Below, in pieces: positions 10,708-20,674 of a stretch of DNA of 64,000 nt. The stretch covers positions 922,677 to 986,676 of the forward strand of contig JAXHNB010000006.1 of assembly GCA_034520945.1 (NCBI GenBank). Direction: 5' to 3'. Position numbers and translations under genes: made by a program. The notes under the pieces are model-generated. The model did no database searches. It was not told the DNA's origin and was given only the letters and a program-made list of their open reading frames with translations. Origin of the DNA: Trueperaceae bacterium (lineage in GTDB: Bacteria; Deinococcota; Deinococci; Deinococcales; Trueperaceae). How positions within the stretch are numbered: position 1 is the stretch's first letter; each line of letters opens with the position of its first letter.

Positions 10708-10783
10708 TGGAGCGGGAGACGGGATTCGAACCCGCGACATTCAGCTTGGAAGGCTGACGCTCTACCAACTGAGCTACTCCCGC
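10708..10783 (-). tRNA. tRNA-Gly(TCC)
   Basis: Cloverleaf, anticodon loop CTTCCAA, encoded CCA. Confidence 0.97.
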
Positions 10784-10991
10784 ACCGGGGGGCGCGCGAC
10801 CGGAACGGTGCCAGGGTCGGCCTGCGCTCGCGAAGAATGTAGCACGGCGTGGGCGCGCACGCCAGCGGCGGGTCCGGCGGCATGACCTGCTCGGTATCGC
10901 GTGCGGGCCGGAGGCCGGGATCCGCGATCCAGCCGTGCGCCGCCGCGCGGGAACATCATGTCCCATACGTGAGCGCTAGAGTTGCATCTAT

Positions 10992-13967
10992 ATGCGACTC
11001 CGTACGCTCGGCACCCTCGAGCTGGAGGGGGCTGAGTTCACGCGCCCGAAACCGCTGCTGCTGCTGGCGTACCTGGCGCTGGAAGGCCCACAGGAGCGAC
11101 GGTTCGTCGCCTCCCTGTTCTGGCCGGGACGGCGGGACGCCATGAACAGCCTCACCGTCGCATTGAGCCGGTTGCGGCAGGGTGCGTCGGGCGCGGTGCA
11201 GGCCGACGGGCGGCGGGTGTGGACCGATGTCACCTCCGACGCGGCGCAGTTCCTGTCGTTGCTGGAGCACCGCCAGATCGAAGAGGCTCTTGGGGCGTAT
11301 CACGGGCCGTTCCTGGCGGGGGTGCACCCGCGCCATGTGGGCGTCGAGTTGGAGGAGTGGATTTGGAGGACGCGGGAGTACCTGGCGGGGCTGGCGCAGG
11401 ACGCCATGCTGGACTCGGCGGAGCGTGAGGCGGCCCGGCGTCGCTTCACGGCTGCCGCGCGGTCGGCCGAGAAGGCGTTCGAGCTGGCCTCGACCGCGCC
11501 CGAACCGGAGACCCTGGCCCGCCTGCACACGCTCCTGCTGGCGGGGGAGAGCCTCAAGACGGCGCGGGTGCGCCGCGAGGCCGAGGAGTTCGGCTTGTCG
11601 CTCGTCGACAGTGTCGACGCGGCCCGCGCGCGTGTGCAGGCGTCGATCGGAGGGGGCGGGCCGGGAACGTCGCACAACCTGGACGCGCTGGGCGGTCGGG
11701 ACACGGGATACGTGGGGCGCGACCTTGACATGACCGAGGTGGCGACGCAGCTGTCCCGTCCGGAGTGCAGGGTCCTGACGCTGGTCGGCGTGGCGGGGGT
11801 CGGCAAGACGCGCCTGGCGCGCCAAGTGGCGCAGGAGCAACTCACGTTGGGCGCATTCCCAGGGGGCGTGATCGGGGTGCCGCTCGAGTACGTGCGTTCG
11901 CCCGAGGCCGTGCCCGCCACCATCGCGGCGGCGCTCGACGTCGACGTGCATCGCACCCAGGACGTGCATCGTTCGCTCGCGAGCCGACTCGGCGAGGCGC
12001 CGGCGCTGCTGGTGCTGGACAACTTCGAGCACCTGATGGACGCTGCGGTGGAGGTGTCGTCGCTGGTGCGGGCCTGTCCCGAGCTGACGGTGCTGGTGAC
12101 CTCGCGCGAGCGACTGAACCTGGAAGGCGAGCACATCTACCGCGTCACGGGCCTGCCGTTCCCGGCCGACGACGACGTGGGGGAGGACGAGGCGTACGGG
12201 TTCGACGCGGTGCGGCTGTTCGTGCGGCGGGCGCAGCGGGCGCGGCCGGACTACGAATTCACGGCGGACGAAGTCCCCCACGTGATCAGGATCTGCCGCC
12301 TGGTGGAGGGCCTGCCTCTCGGGTTGGAACTGGCGGCGGTGTGGGCGAAGGCCATGACCAGCCGCGAGATCGCCGAGGAACTCGAACGCGACCTGGACCT
12401 GCTGATCACGCCCAGTCGGGACGTCGCCGAACGACATCAGAGCCTCCGCGCTGCGTTCGAGCACTCCTGGCGGCTCCTGGCGCACGACGAGCAGCAGGTG
12501 CTCCGGGAGCTCGCCTGCTTCCAGGGCGGTTTTCGCCGCCGCGCCGCCGGCGAGGTGGCGGGCGCCACCATCCCGATCCTCGCCTCGCTGGTCGACAAGT
12601 CGTTGCTGCGCGTGGACGCGACGGGCAGGTTCGACCGGCACCCGCTGCTGTACCAGTACACCGAGGGGAAGTTGCAAGAGGGCGGCGACCGTGCACACGA
12701 GGTGTGCGAACGCCACGCGGCCTACCACGTGCGCCTGTTGGACGCGTACGGCGCGGAGGTGCACGCGGGCGAACAGGGCGAGATGCTCGACGTCATCGAC
12801 GAGGAGCTCGAGAACCTGCGGGCGGCGTGGCACTGGACGATCGACCAGCGGCGCTTCGATCGGGTCCGTCGCATGATCGACCCGTTGGCCTGGTTCTTCA
12901 AGATCCGCGGTCGGTGGCAGGAGGGCATCGACTTCCTCGATGCGGCGGTGGGGCGCACCGGCGACGACGAAGCGGTGGACCGGTCGGTCCTGGGAAGCGT
13001 GTACACCGCGCAGGCCAGACTGCTTCAGGAGTTGGGCCGGTACGAGGAGGCCGCCCGGCTGGCGCACCGGGGGTTGGCGTCGCTGCAGCCGGACCGGGAC
13101 GCGCAGGGCACGCTACGGGGATTGGACACGCTGGCGCGCGTCGCCTGGCGCTCCGGACGGTCCGCGGAGGCGAAGGTGTACTGGGACAAGGCGCTGGACG
13201 TCGCCCAGGCACACGACGATCCGCAATCCACCGTGGTGTTCCTGGGTGACGTCGCCATGATCGAGCAGGAGTTGGGCGACTACGTCAGCGCCGAACGCAC
13301 CTACGGAGAAGCGCTGGAACGGAGCCGGGAGGGAGGCAACCAGCTGCACGTCATCCGCAACCTGAACAACCTGGGCGAGCTCTGCCTCCTCACCGATCGT
13401 CCAGCGAAGGCGCGCGATCTGGTCGTGGACAGCATCGCCCGCGCGGAGCGCATCTCATTTCACGGCATCCTTCCGTACCTGACCCTGAACCTGGGCCTGA
13501 TCGCGTTCGAGCAGGGCGATCTGCAGGAGGCCGAAGCCAAGCATCACGAGGCCCTGCGCCAAGCGGGCGATACCGGCGATCCGTCGCTCCGGGCCCGTGC
13601 CTTGGCGGGCCTCAGCCGCTTGTCCGTGGCGTCGGGCGCGCTGGGTCGCGCCGCTGCGTACGCCGAGGAGGCGATGCGGTTGTCGTGGGAGATTCGCGAC
13701 ATGCCGGACGTGTTGGCGTCGGTCGTCTCGCTGGCCGAGCTGCGCGCCCAGCAGGGACGGCCAGCGGACGCCGCCGGCCTGCTGAGCCTGGTGTTGCGCC
13801 ACCCGGCCACCAGCCAGATCGATCGCCGTCGCACGCACCGGTTGCTGCACGACGTGCGGAACGAACTCACGCCCAAGGCACTGGTCGATGCGATGGAACG
13901 CGGCCGGGAGCGCGGGCTGGCCGACGTGGTGACGTCGGCACTGCAGGCGCCCTCGGCCGGGCCATGA
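10992..13967 (+). CDS. AfsR-like STAND regulator: wHTH/BTAD-like N-terminus, NB-ARC ATPase, TPR repeats
   Basis: MRLRTLG...LLLLAYLALEG...LFWP; Walker A GVAGVGKT; LLVLDNFEHL; VTSRERL; EGLPLGLELAA; RHQSLRAAFEHSW; C-terminal TPRs (LNNLG). Confidence 0.9.
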   Translation: MRLRTLGTLELEGAEFTRPKPLLLLAYLALEGPQERRFVASLFWPGRRDAMNSLTVALSRLRQGASGAVQADGRRVWTDVTSDAAQFLSLLEHRQIEEALGAYHGPFLAGVHPRHVGVELEEWIWRTREYLAGLAQDAMLDSAEREAARRRFTAAARSAEKAFELASTAPEPETLARLHTLLLAGESLKTARVRREAEEFGLSLVDSVDAARARVQASIGGGGPGTSHNLDALGGRDTGYVGRDLDMTEVATQLSRPECRVLTLVGVAGVGKTRLARQVAQEQLTLGAFPGGVIGVPLEYVRSPEAVPATIAAALDVDVHRTQDVHRSLASRLGEAPALLVLDNFEHLMDAAVEVSSLVRACPELTVLVTSRERLNLEGEHIYRVTGLPFPADDDVGEDEAYGFDAVRLFVRRAQRARPDYEFTADEVPHVIRICRLVEGLPLGLELAAVWAKAMTSREIAEELERDLDLLITPSRDVAERHQSLRAAFEHSWRLLAHDEQQVLRELACFQGGFRRRAAGEVAGATIPILASLVDKSLLRVDATGRFDRHPLLYQYTEGKLQEGGDRAHEVCERHAAYHVRLLDAYGAEVHAGEQGEMLDVIDEELENLRAAWHWTIDQRRFDRVRRMIDPLAWFFKIRGRWQEGIDFLDAAVGRTGDDEAVDRSVLGSVYTAQARLLQELGRYEEAARLAHRGLASLQPDRDAQGTLRGLDTLARVAWRSGRSAEAKVYWDKALDVAQAHDDPQSTVVFLGDVAMIEQELGDYVSAERTYGEALERSREGGNQLHVIRNLNNLGELCLLTDRPAKARDLVVDSIARAERISFHGILPYLTLNLGLIAFEQGDLQEAEAKHHEALRQAGDTGDPSLRARALAGLSRLSVASGALGRAAAYAEEAMRLSWEIRDMPDVLASVVSLAELRAQQGRPADAAGLLSLVLRHPATSQIDRRRTHRLLHDVRNELTPKALVDAMERGRERGLADVVTSALQAPSAGP

Positions 13968-14001
13968 GGGCGCGGAGGTGGATCCGCGGGGACTCGTGAA
14001 G

Positions 14002-14049
14002 TGGTCGGGGCGGCAGGATTCGAACCTGCGACCCCCTGCTCCCAAAGCA
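14002..14049 (-). repeat. att site: 48-bp duplicate of the 3' part of tRNA-Pro(TGG)
   Basis: Identical to 50288-50335 (TGGTCGGGGCGG...CTCCCAAAGCA). Confidence 0.97.
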
Positions 14050-14173
14050 CGCCCACGAATGTCGCTGGGCTATGGGGTGATCTCGTAGGGTCGAGCCCCA
14101 CAGCATTTCTGAGAGGTTGAGGCCTGGTCTACGTGTGCCCCGTATGGCCAGTTGAGATCCGGTTCGCGTGGAG

Positions 14174-14195
14174 CGACACACCAGATGACCCACCA
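14174..14195 (+). repeat. Candidate integrase arm-binding sites (left)
   Basis: CGACACACCA (14174) and TGACCCACCA (14186); the same decamer occurs twice inside the right end. Confidence 0.65.
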
Positions 14196-14494
14196 AAAGG
14201 AGATCCTCTCTCGGGACCAGGCCACAAGCAGAACCGACCCCTCTATGGAGGGCCACACGTGCGAAGACTGGGCTGGGCCAGGAGGCGCGGCAAAGCGGCT
14301 CCACCGCGGGCGGGGACGGTGAGGAACGTGCAGTGGTCCTTGAATCGCATGCCTCTCACGGAATGACCAACCCTCCGTCGAAACCAGGATACTTCGATAT
14401 GTGTCAAGCCACGCGCACGCCATTCACGTCCACTGAAACGGGACGCTGGAATCGATCATGGTATAAAAAAGCCCGTCAGAGACGCAAACGCGTA

Positions 14495-14523
14495 TGGACT
14501 TGCGCGGCGTGGTTTGGTAGAAT
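14495..14523 (+). promoter_or_regulatory. Sigma70-like promoter for the xis-primase operon
   Basis: TGGACT-17 bp-TAGAAT with extended TG. Confidence 0.65.
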
Positions 14524-14651
14524 TGTTTCCGTACGGGCAGTTGAAGTCGCGTACACACAAGTGAAGGCAGAGCGGCCGCTCTCCGGCAAGAGTAAATGCG
14601 GCCGCTCCCTAGCCCGGGCCATGAGGCTCGGTGGTTCACAAAGGAACCCCA

Positions 14652-14915
14652 ATGAGAATAGCAGAAAAACAGGCTGTCTACATCGTGCCTCTTCGCGATC
14701 CTCGTGTGCGCGAGCTCATTGATGTGCCCTTGTCGTCGCTCTACGAGATGGCTCGCCGATCTCCCCCTACGCTCCCTGGCGTTGTGCGCGTCGGGCGCCG
14801 CGTGATGATCGACCTGGTGGTGCTCCAGGAATGGGCGCGGTCCGCAGCGCGGTCGCGGTCCGAGCATGGGGCGACTTTGGATCTGCGCGCATCGGCCGAG
14901 GGCGATGCCTCCTAG
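14652..14915 (+). CDS. Small excisionase/AlpA-like HTH protein
   Basis: RELIDVPLSSLYEMARR...PGVVRVGRRVMIDLVVLQEWAR resembles the MerR/HTH_17 excisionase pattern; AAGGA RBS; precedes the primase. Confidence 0.75.
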   Translation: MRIAEKQAVYIVPLRDPRVRELIDVPLSSLYEMARRSPPTLPGVVRVGRRVMIDLVVLQEWARSAARSRSEHGATLDLRASAEGDAS

Positions 14916-15013
14916 GCGCGCTCGTAGGGAGGCTCCGGAAGGCACGACCGGGGAGGACGTCACGGAGGCGAGTGAACACGGCCTCAGTGCCCCGTCGTCC
15001 GCGAGCCGTTGTG

Positions 15014-17503
15014 ATGACGTCAGCCGCTAACGACAAGCGTGGGGTGGGGCGTGCTGCTACCGCGGCTGAGCGACCCAGCGGCGATAGGAAATCTGACCAG
15101 TACGGCCGCCACGTGCCTGAGATCGATCCGCCGAACTGGCAGGCCGTTCCACCGGAGATCCGTGAAGCTCGCGTGTGGGTGCTTTGGCACTACGAAGAGC
15201 GGAGCGGCAGGTGGACGAAAGTCCCGTACCAGCCCGATCGCCAGCGGCGTGCCGCGTCGGACAATCCCGACACGTGGACCACGCTTGACGAAGCGGCCGC
15301 TGCCCTTCGCCCGGGTTGGGGCCTTGGCATCATGTTCCGGCCTGAGGACGACATTATGGGCGTTGACATCGACCACGGCCGCGACCCCGACACGGGCGAG
15401 CTGTTCGACGAAGCGCGCGACATCGTGGAGACCCTCAACAGCTACACCGAGGTGTCGCCCAGCGGCAAGGGCATCCACGTCCTGATATGCGCCAGCCTCG
15501 CGGAACTGCACGGTCGCCGGCGCGGCAGAGTCGAGATGTACGAGTCGGGCCGGTTCTTTACCTTCACCGGAGACGTGGTCGAGATCGGGGGGGCCGGAAT
15601 GAGTTTCGGCATCGAGCCTCGTCAGGTGCAGGTCGAAGCGGTCCACGCCCGGTACATCGACCTCACAGAGCGCCAGAAAGCGCCCCGCAGCGCGCCGCGT
15701 GGGGTAGCTGTCAGGCACGATGACCGCGAGGTTCTTGAGGCCATGTGGCGCAGCAAGAACGGCGACGCGGTCCGTTCGTTGTGGGAGGGTAGGCCTCTCC
15801 TGTGGGGCGAGGGCAATCGGTACCCGTCACAGAGTGAGGCTGACGAGGCGCTTGCGTCGCACCTGGCCTGGTGGACGAACTACGATCGCGTTCAGACGGA
15901 CCGTCTGTTTCGCGCCTCAGGCCTCATGCGCTCAAAGTGGGACGAGCCACGCGGCGCCACGACGTACGGGGCGATGACCCTTGATGTAGCGTTCGCGCGG
16001 CACGAACCAGGCGATGGCTACACGGGACGGGGGCCCCTCGTCGGGTCGCGTGAATCGCTCGGCGGTGGAGGGCGATCGGGAGCGAATCCCACCGCTGCGC
16101 ACCAATCGACACGTGAAGCGGATCGGGCGTTGGTGGATTACGCGGATACGGATGCCGGCAATGCCGAACGGTTCGTGCACCAGGTTGGCGGTCGGGTCCG
16201 GTATGTACCCGGGCTTGGTTGGCATCTGTGGACTGGGACGCATTGGCAGCCCGACCCGAGCGAACTTGTACAGCAACACGCGATTGACACCCTCCGCTCA
16301 ACAGGAGCTGCTGCAGAGCTTCATGCGGAGGGCAATCGGCGACGTGATCTACGTAAGCACGTTCTGACGAGCGAATCCTTGCCGCGCCTGCGTGCCATGG
16401 TTGAGCTGGCCCGCACCGACGCCCGTATCCACACGCTCGTGGATGCCCTCGACGCCGAGGCATGGATGCTCAATGTGGAGAACGGCATGCTTGACTTGCG
16501 GACGGGAAGGCTGCACCCGCACGATCGGAATGCGCTGTTCACCCGTGTTGCGCCAGTCCGCTTCGAGCCCGATGCTGAGCATCCCGCCCTTCACGCCTTG
16601 CTCGATGTCCTTGGCCAGGACGACCGGGCCGAGTACCTCCGGAGCGTTGCCGGCCAAGCGCTGACCGGTCGTGGCGCGAAGCGAGCGTACGTGTGGACTG
16701 GTCCGAGCGGCACGGTGAAGAGCACGACCGCCGATGCGCTCGCTGCCGTGCTGGGTGCATACGCCGTCAGCGTTGAGCCGAGCACGCTTGTCGTGGGTCG
16801 GCATGGAGAGGTCGCCGGCAGGGCTCGCGCCGACCTGATCGCTTTGCGCGGCAGGCGCTTCGTCGTCTCCGCTGAGTTACCGAACGGTGGGCGGCTGGAT
16901 TCCGAACTCGTGAAGCGCATCACCGGCCAGGACCCCATCACAGCGCGTGCGCCGTACGCACGGACGGGTGTTACCTTTACGCCTGGGCACACGCTCGTCA
17001 TGCACAGCAATCACGAGCCGCAGGTCGACTGGAGCGATGACGGCATGCGCAAGCGCCTCGTAACGGTGCCTTTTGCCGTGAAGCCCTCCAACCCAGTGAA
17101 ACGCGTCCGAATGCAACTCAAGCATGACGCAGACGCCCGTGCGGCGGTTCTGGCATGGGCCGTGGTCGGTTCAATGGCGTGGCATCGGGCGGGCGAGCAG
17201 GACCCTGAAGCGCCCGAGATCGTCCGGCAGCGAACCGCAAAGTTCTGGCGGGAGCAGGATCCATTCGCGCCGTGGGCCGAGGAGCGCCTCGATTTCGACG
17301 GCGATTCGTTCACGCCGACGGAGGACCTCGGCCGCAACTACCAGGACTGGGCCTACGAGAACGGTGAACACCGCCAGAGTACGAAGTCGCTCGGCCGATG
17401 GCTGCAAGCGAACTCGCACCGATACGGGATCGAGAAGGTCAGGCACGGCAAGGCCGGCACGCGCGGTTGGAAGGGCGTTCGTATCCGAAAGGAAATGGGA
17501 TGA
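15014..17503 (+). CDS. NrS-1-like primase-polymerase fused to helical bundle, D5_N and SF3 helicase domains (start uncertain)
   Basis: WVLW...KVPY...NPDTW, GVDID, YTEVSPSGKGIH, VEMYESGRFFTFTG (AEP); SQSEADEAL...LFRASGLMRSKW; TDAGNAERF (D5_N); GPSGTVKST, RFVVSAE, KRITGQDPITAR, SNH (SF3). Confidence 0.92.
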   Translation: MTSAANDKRGVGRAATAAERPSGDRKSDQYGRHVPEIDPPNWQAVPPEIREARVWVLWHYEERSGRWTKVPYQPDRQRRAASDNPDTWTTLDEAAAALRPGWGLGIMFRPEDDIMGVDIDHGRDPDTGELFDEARDIVETLNSYTEVSPSGKGIHVLICASLAELHGRRRGRVEMYESGRFFTFTGDVVEIGGAGMSFGIEPRQVQVEAVHARYIDLTERQKAPRSAPRGVAVRHDDREVLEAMWRSKNGDAVRSLWEGRPLLWGEGNRYPSQSEADEALASHLAWWTNYDRVQTDRLFRASGLMRSKWDEPRGATTYGAMTLDVAFARHEPGDGYTGRGPLVGSRESLGGGGRSGANPTAAHQSTREADRALVDYADTDAGNAERFVHQVGGRVRYVPGLGWHLWTGTHWQPDPSELVQQHAIDTLRSTGAAAELHAEGNRRRDLRKHVLTSESLPRLRAMVELARTDARIHTLVDALDAEAWMLNVENGMLDLRTGRLHPHDRNALFTRVAPVRFEPDAEHPALHALLDVLGQDDRAEYLRSVAGQALTGRGAKRAYVWTGPSGTVKSTTADALAAVLGAYAVSVEPSTLVVGRHGEVAGRARADLIALRGRRFVVSAELPNGGRLDSELVKRITGQDPITARAPYARTGVTFTPGHTLVMHSNHEPQVDWSDDGMRKRLVTVPFAVKPSNPVKRVRMQLKHDADARAAVLAWAVVGSMAWHRAGEQDPEAPEIVRQRTAKFWREQDPFAPWAEERLDFDGDSFTPTEDLGRNYQDWAYENGEHRQSTKSLGRWLQANSHRYGIEKVRHGKAGTRGWKGVRIRKEMG

Positions 17504-17540
17504 GCCGCGTATCGTTGCTGGGGCCACCGGCCACGCCCGT

Positions 17541-17769
17541 TCGAGAAACGTCGGCCACAGGATGGCGCGTCGAGGACGTGAATACCTGGCACCCGCTTGG
17601 GTTGGCTGACGTTTCTATCCATCACCCGAAGAGAAAGCACAAAGTGGAGGAGCATAGGGAAGTTGTGTACATGCGCTTTCAAACGGCAGCCCGTGTCACT
17701 TCTAGGGCGCGAGAAAGCGATGACCACGTGAAAACTCGCGCTGCTATATCCAATCGAGAAATGTCGGCC
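17541..17769. repeat. Four-copy iteron-like motif, candidate replication origin
   Basis: TCGAGAAACGTCGGCC (17541), inverted TGGCTGACGTTTCT (17603), AAACGGCAGCC (17681), TCGAGAAATGTCGGCC (17754), just after the primase stop. Confidence 0.55.
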
Positions 17770-18071
17770 TCCGGGGTCGGAGCGGACGTCGCCCCGCATG
17801 TGCGGAGCCCACGAGGTCGATGCGCCACGAACGGGGGTGGATCCGGTGGACCGCAGTGGCGAGCCTTTGGACCGGTATCCACTCGGTCCATGGTTCGGGC
17901 AATGCTGGTGGTGCGGATGATTGGCCCACTGAAGTCCATGCATTCGGGCAATCTTGCTATGCCTGAAGGGAGCCGCTCATGGGCACGCATGTACCTAAAT
18001 GCGGATAGCGAGCAGCATGGTGCGGTTAACAATCAGGCCGAGCACCTCGGCGTTCTCGCGGAGGCGGAGTC

Positions 18072-18254
18072 GTGATCCCGACTATTCACGAGTGCCCCTC
18101 GTGCGGCGCGCGCGTGATCGTGCACGGGCCCGCTGCAGCAACGTGCCTTCCTTGCGCTCGACGCATGCGACAGGTACGCTCGCGCGCCCCTTCAGAGGAT
18201 TCGCCTGCGGTGTTTCGATGGGGCGCGTGGGCGGGCCGTAACACCGTGATCTGA
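18072..18254 (+). CDS. Small putative zinc-finger protein
   Basis: CPSC...CLPC; GGAG-rich RBS region. Confidence 0.45.
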   Translation: MIPTIHECPSCGARVIVHGPAAATCLPCARRMRQVRSRAPSEDSPAVFRWGAWAGRNTVI

Positions 18255-18613
18255 TCTCACCCATCACCCCCTTACAGGCCCTCCACCCCACACGGGGCCC
18301 GTTGACATGTGGCGGCCAGCGGGCCTGGCGGGTTGGCCATCGCGGCAATCTCGGGGGGATGGCGATGATCGGTCGGTACTCTCTACGGATCTCCCGAAGC
18401 TGCGCGTGAGGTCGAAGACCGCGACGGTCGACCGCAAGAGGAGGTGCGGCATTGGGCTGCCACCAACCTGAACGGCGCGCCGGTCTGGTGGGGGTCGACG
18501 ATCCTTACGGAACCCGTGGCCGTCGCGGTGGCCCTCCGTCTCCTTGATCGGCACGAGGTCGCGCCGATTCACGCCCTGAACGCGGCCCGTACCGCAGTTC
18601 GGGGGAATGCAGC

Positions 18614-18940
18614 GTGACGCCCACGAGGGATGATCGCCTCGCCGAGCTCGCCGCGCGTCACTACCTCGGCGAGTACACGGGTTTGGTGGCACGCCGACTG
18701 GATGCACTGTTGGGCGTACCTGGCGGCGCGGAGAACGCAGATTCGTTGCTGATCGCTTGCGAGCACCTGGGTGTGACGGGGGAGGCGGTCGAAGAGGTCG
18801 TGGCCCGGCTGCCGGGGGCACGGCCTGACGCGCGGGTTCGGACGTTGGTTGGGGGCGTCGCGTGTGGCCGCTTGAACGTCGCCATGCCGCGTTTCGGCCC
18901 GCTGCGGGGGTACGGGACGTTGGGCGGGGGGTGCCGTTGA
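18614..18940 (+). CDS. Hypothetical protein
   Basis: Protein-like 108 aa ORF; GTGA overlap with an upstream open frame (18369-18617) that lacks a clear start. Confidence 0.5.
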   Translation: MTPTRDDRLAELAARHYLGEYTGLVARRLDALLGVPGGAENADSLLIACEHLGVTGEAVEEVVARLPGARPDARVRTLVGGVACGRLNVAMPRFGPLRGYGTLGGGCR

Positions 18941-18955
18941 GCTTGGCGGCGGGGA

Positions 18956-19643
18956 TTACCGTCGGCGTGCGGTCAGGCCGCGCATCTTGTCGAGGAGTTT
19001 GCGGAGTGTCGTGCTGTTGCGGCGACGTCGCGCGCCGGTCTTGGCGGCGTGCTTCTCCCGGCGTAGTTGCAGGCGGGCTGCGGCGTCGGGGTTGCCGCGG
19101 GCTGCGTCGCGTCGGTCTTGTGCCGGGGTGCGGTGGTGGGCGCGTGATCGGTAGGTGAGGCCGAGGCAGTCCCTGCAGGCGAGGACACTCTCTTCGCGGT
19201 TGAGGGCGCCGAGGTGTCTTGCGTCGAAGTAGTAGAGCAGGCTCTTGTTGTGTTGGCAGTGGGGGCAGATCCACCAGTGGCGTATACCGATGTGCTGGCG
19301 GGTTGTGGCGACGTCGATCGGTTCGCTTTGCTGGCCGGGGTCGAGCGTGAGGAGTAGGCGATTCGGGTCGAAGTAGAAGCGGTGGGCGCGTCGGTTCTTG
19401 TGGTCGAACGTCTGTAGGTCGTCGACGGGGTACTGAATGTCGAGTATGCCTTGGGCTTCGTCGACGCGGGGCGCGCTCTCGGGGCGTGCCGTCCTTACGC
19501 TTGGTGATGTACGTGAGTTCTGGGGAGGTGGCGCTGGTGAAGACGATGGAGCGTGGGTCGGCGGGTCGGAGCCAGCTGTAGCCGTTGACGTCGTATCGTC
19601 CGTGCTCGATTCGTACGTGGTCCCGGTCTTTCTTGGTGCCCAT
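18956..19643 (-). CDS. Hypothetical protein with CxxC...CxxC zinc site, apparent frameshift at ~19468-19484
   Basis: RBS + ATG 19643 (MGTKKDRDHVRIEHGRYDVNG..., C-ending codons) continues in another frame as PRVDEAQG...RHWWICPHC...LACRDCLGLTYRS. Confidence 0.7.
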
Positions 19644-20674
19644 TCTTGGGCTCCTTCCACCCCAGCCTGGGAATTTTGCTTGCGGCACGATCTCATATGA
19701 TTTCGGCGATTTTGGGGTCGTACCGGCCGTTGTGTTGGAATTGGGACTTCGGGCCAAGGGGTCGGCGCTTGCGTGGGCGTCACGGTCGGGCGTGGCGCAA
19801 TGGTACCGATCGTGGGTGCATATCGTTCTTCGAGTCGGGTTCAGTCCGAGGTGCTGGCATGGACTGAGGGAGGCGTGATTGGCCGTAGCCAACGTACCTT
19901 CTCTACGGGTCGAGGGACGGCGCGATCGCTGGTGTAGCTACAGTCCTGGAGAAGCTTGCGGATTCGGTCGCGTGGGGTTCGCCAGATTCGCCCCGTGCCT
20001 CGTCCCGGTGACAGCGTCACGTTCGGGTTCGGTCATTACTTGTCCGGCCTGGTGGCCGAATTCTTCCGCTCACAGCGTGGTGCGTGGGAGATCCCTCCTT
20101 CGGAGTTGTTCGCGCCTCGGAGTGGTTGAAGATTTTGAGGTCACGCCTCCTTCGGAAATCAACCGGCATGAGTGACGGGAGACCTGTGAGCGCTGACGAT
20201 GTGTCATTGGGTGGGCAATGCATCATGGTGACTGGCTTGTAGAGCTTCTTGACGAGGGATGTGCACGCATATGCTAGCCGACACGGCAAGGCGAACAGGC
20301 ACCGCCCAAAGGTATTGCAGCTTCTCTAGTTCGCACGTGGAGGAGCGCTCAACGGTGAATGGCCGCTCTCCGGCGCGAGGGACGCCAAAGCCGAGACGAG
20401 ATTCCGTGGGCGGTCGCCTGAGAACAGAATGGAGTTGCGCCTATACCAACAAGCTAGACTGGACAGCATCAATAATGGAGATCTGTTTTGCTGCACTGTT
20501 CATATGGGCGTAGCGGCAATGTGATTACCCGAATCGAGGGTTCGTAGTAGGCTAAGCATACATGCGAACGAAGGGTATGCCGCGAGGCTGGAGCGTTGGG
20601 TGTGACAGGAGCTGCTGCGTGTTGATCACGTGTACATGCTCGTTTGGTCGAAACCATGGTTTGGACCGGGGTTA

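Noticed and set aside
17398..18075. 225-aa ORF after the primase
   Set aside because: No recognisable motifs and it overlaps the iteron-like repeats; not called, although an ATGA overlap at 17500 means it cannot be excluded.
19786..19860. tRNA-like text (GGGCGTGGCGCAATGGT...GGGTTCAGTCC)
   Set aside because: Acceptor, D and anticodon stems do not pair and the T-loop is a base short; at best a badly decayed remnant.
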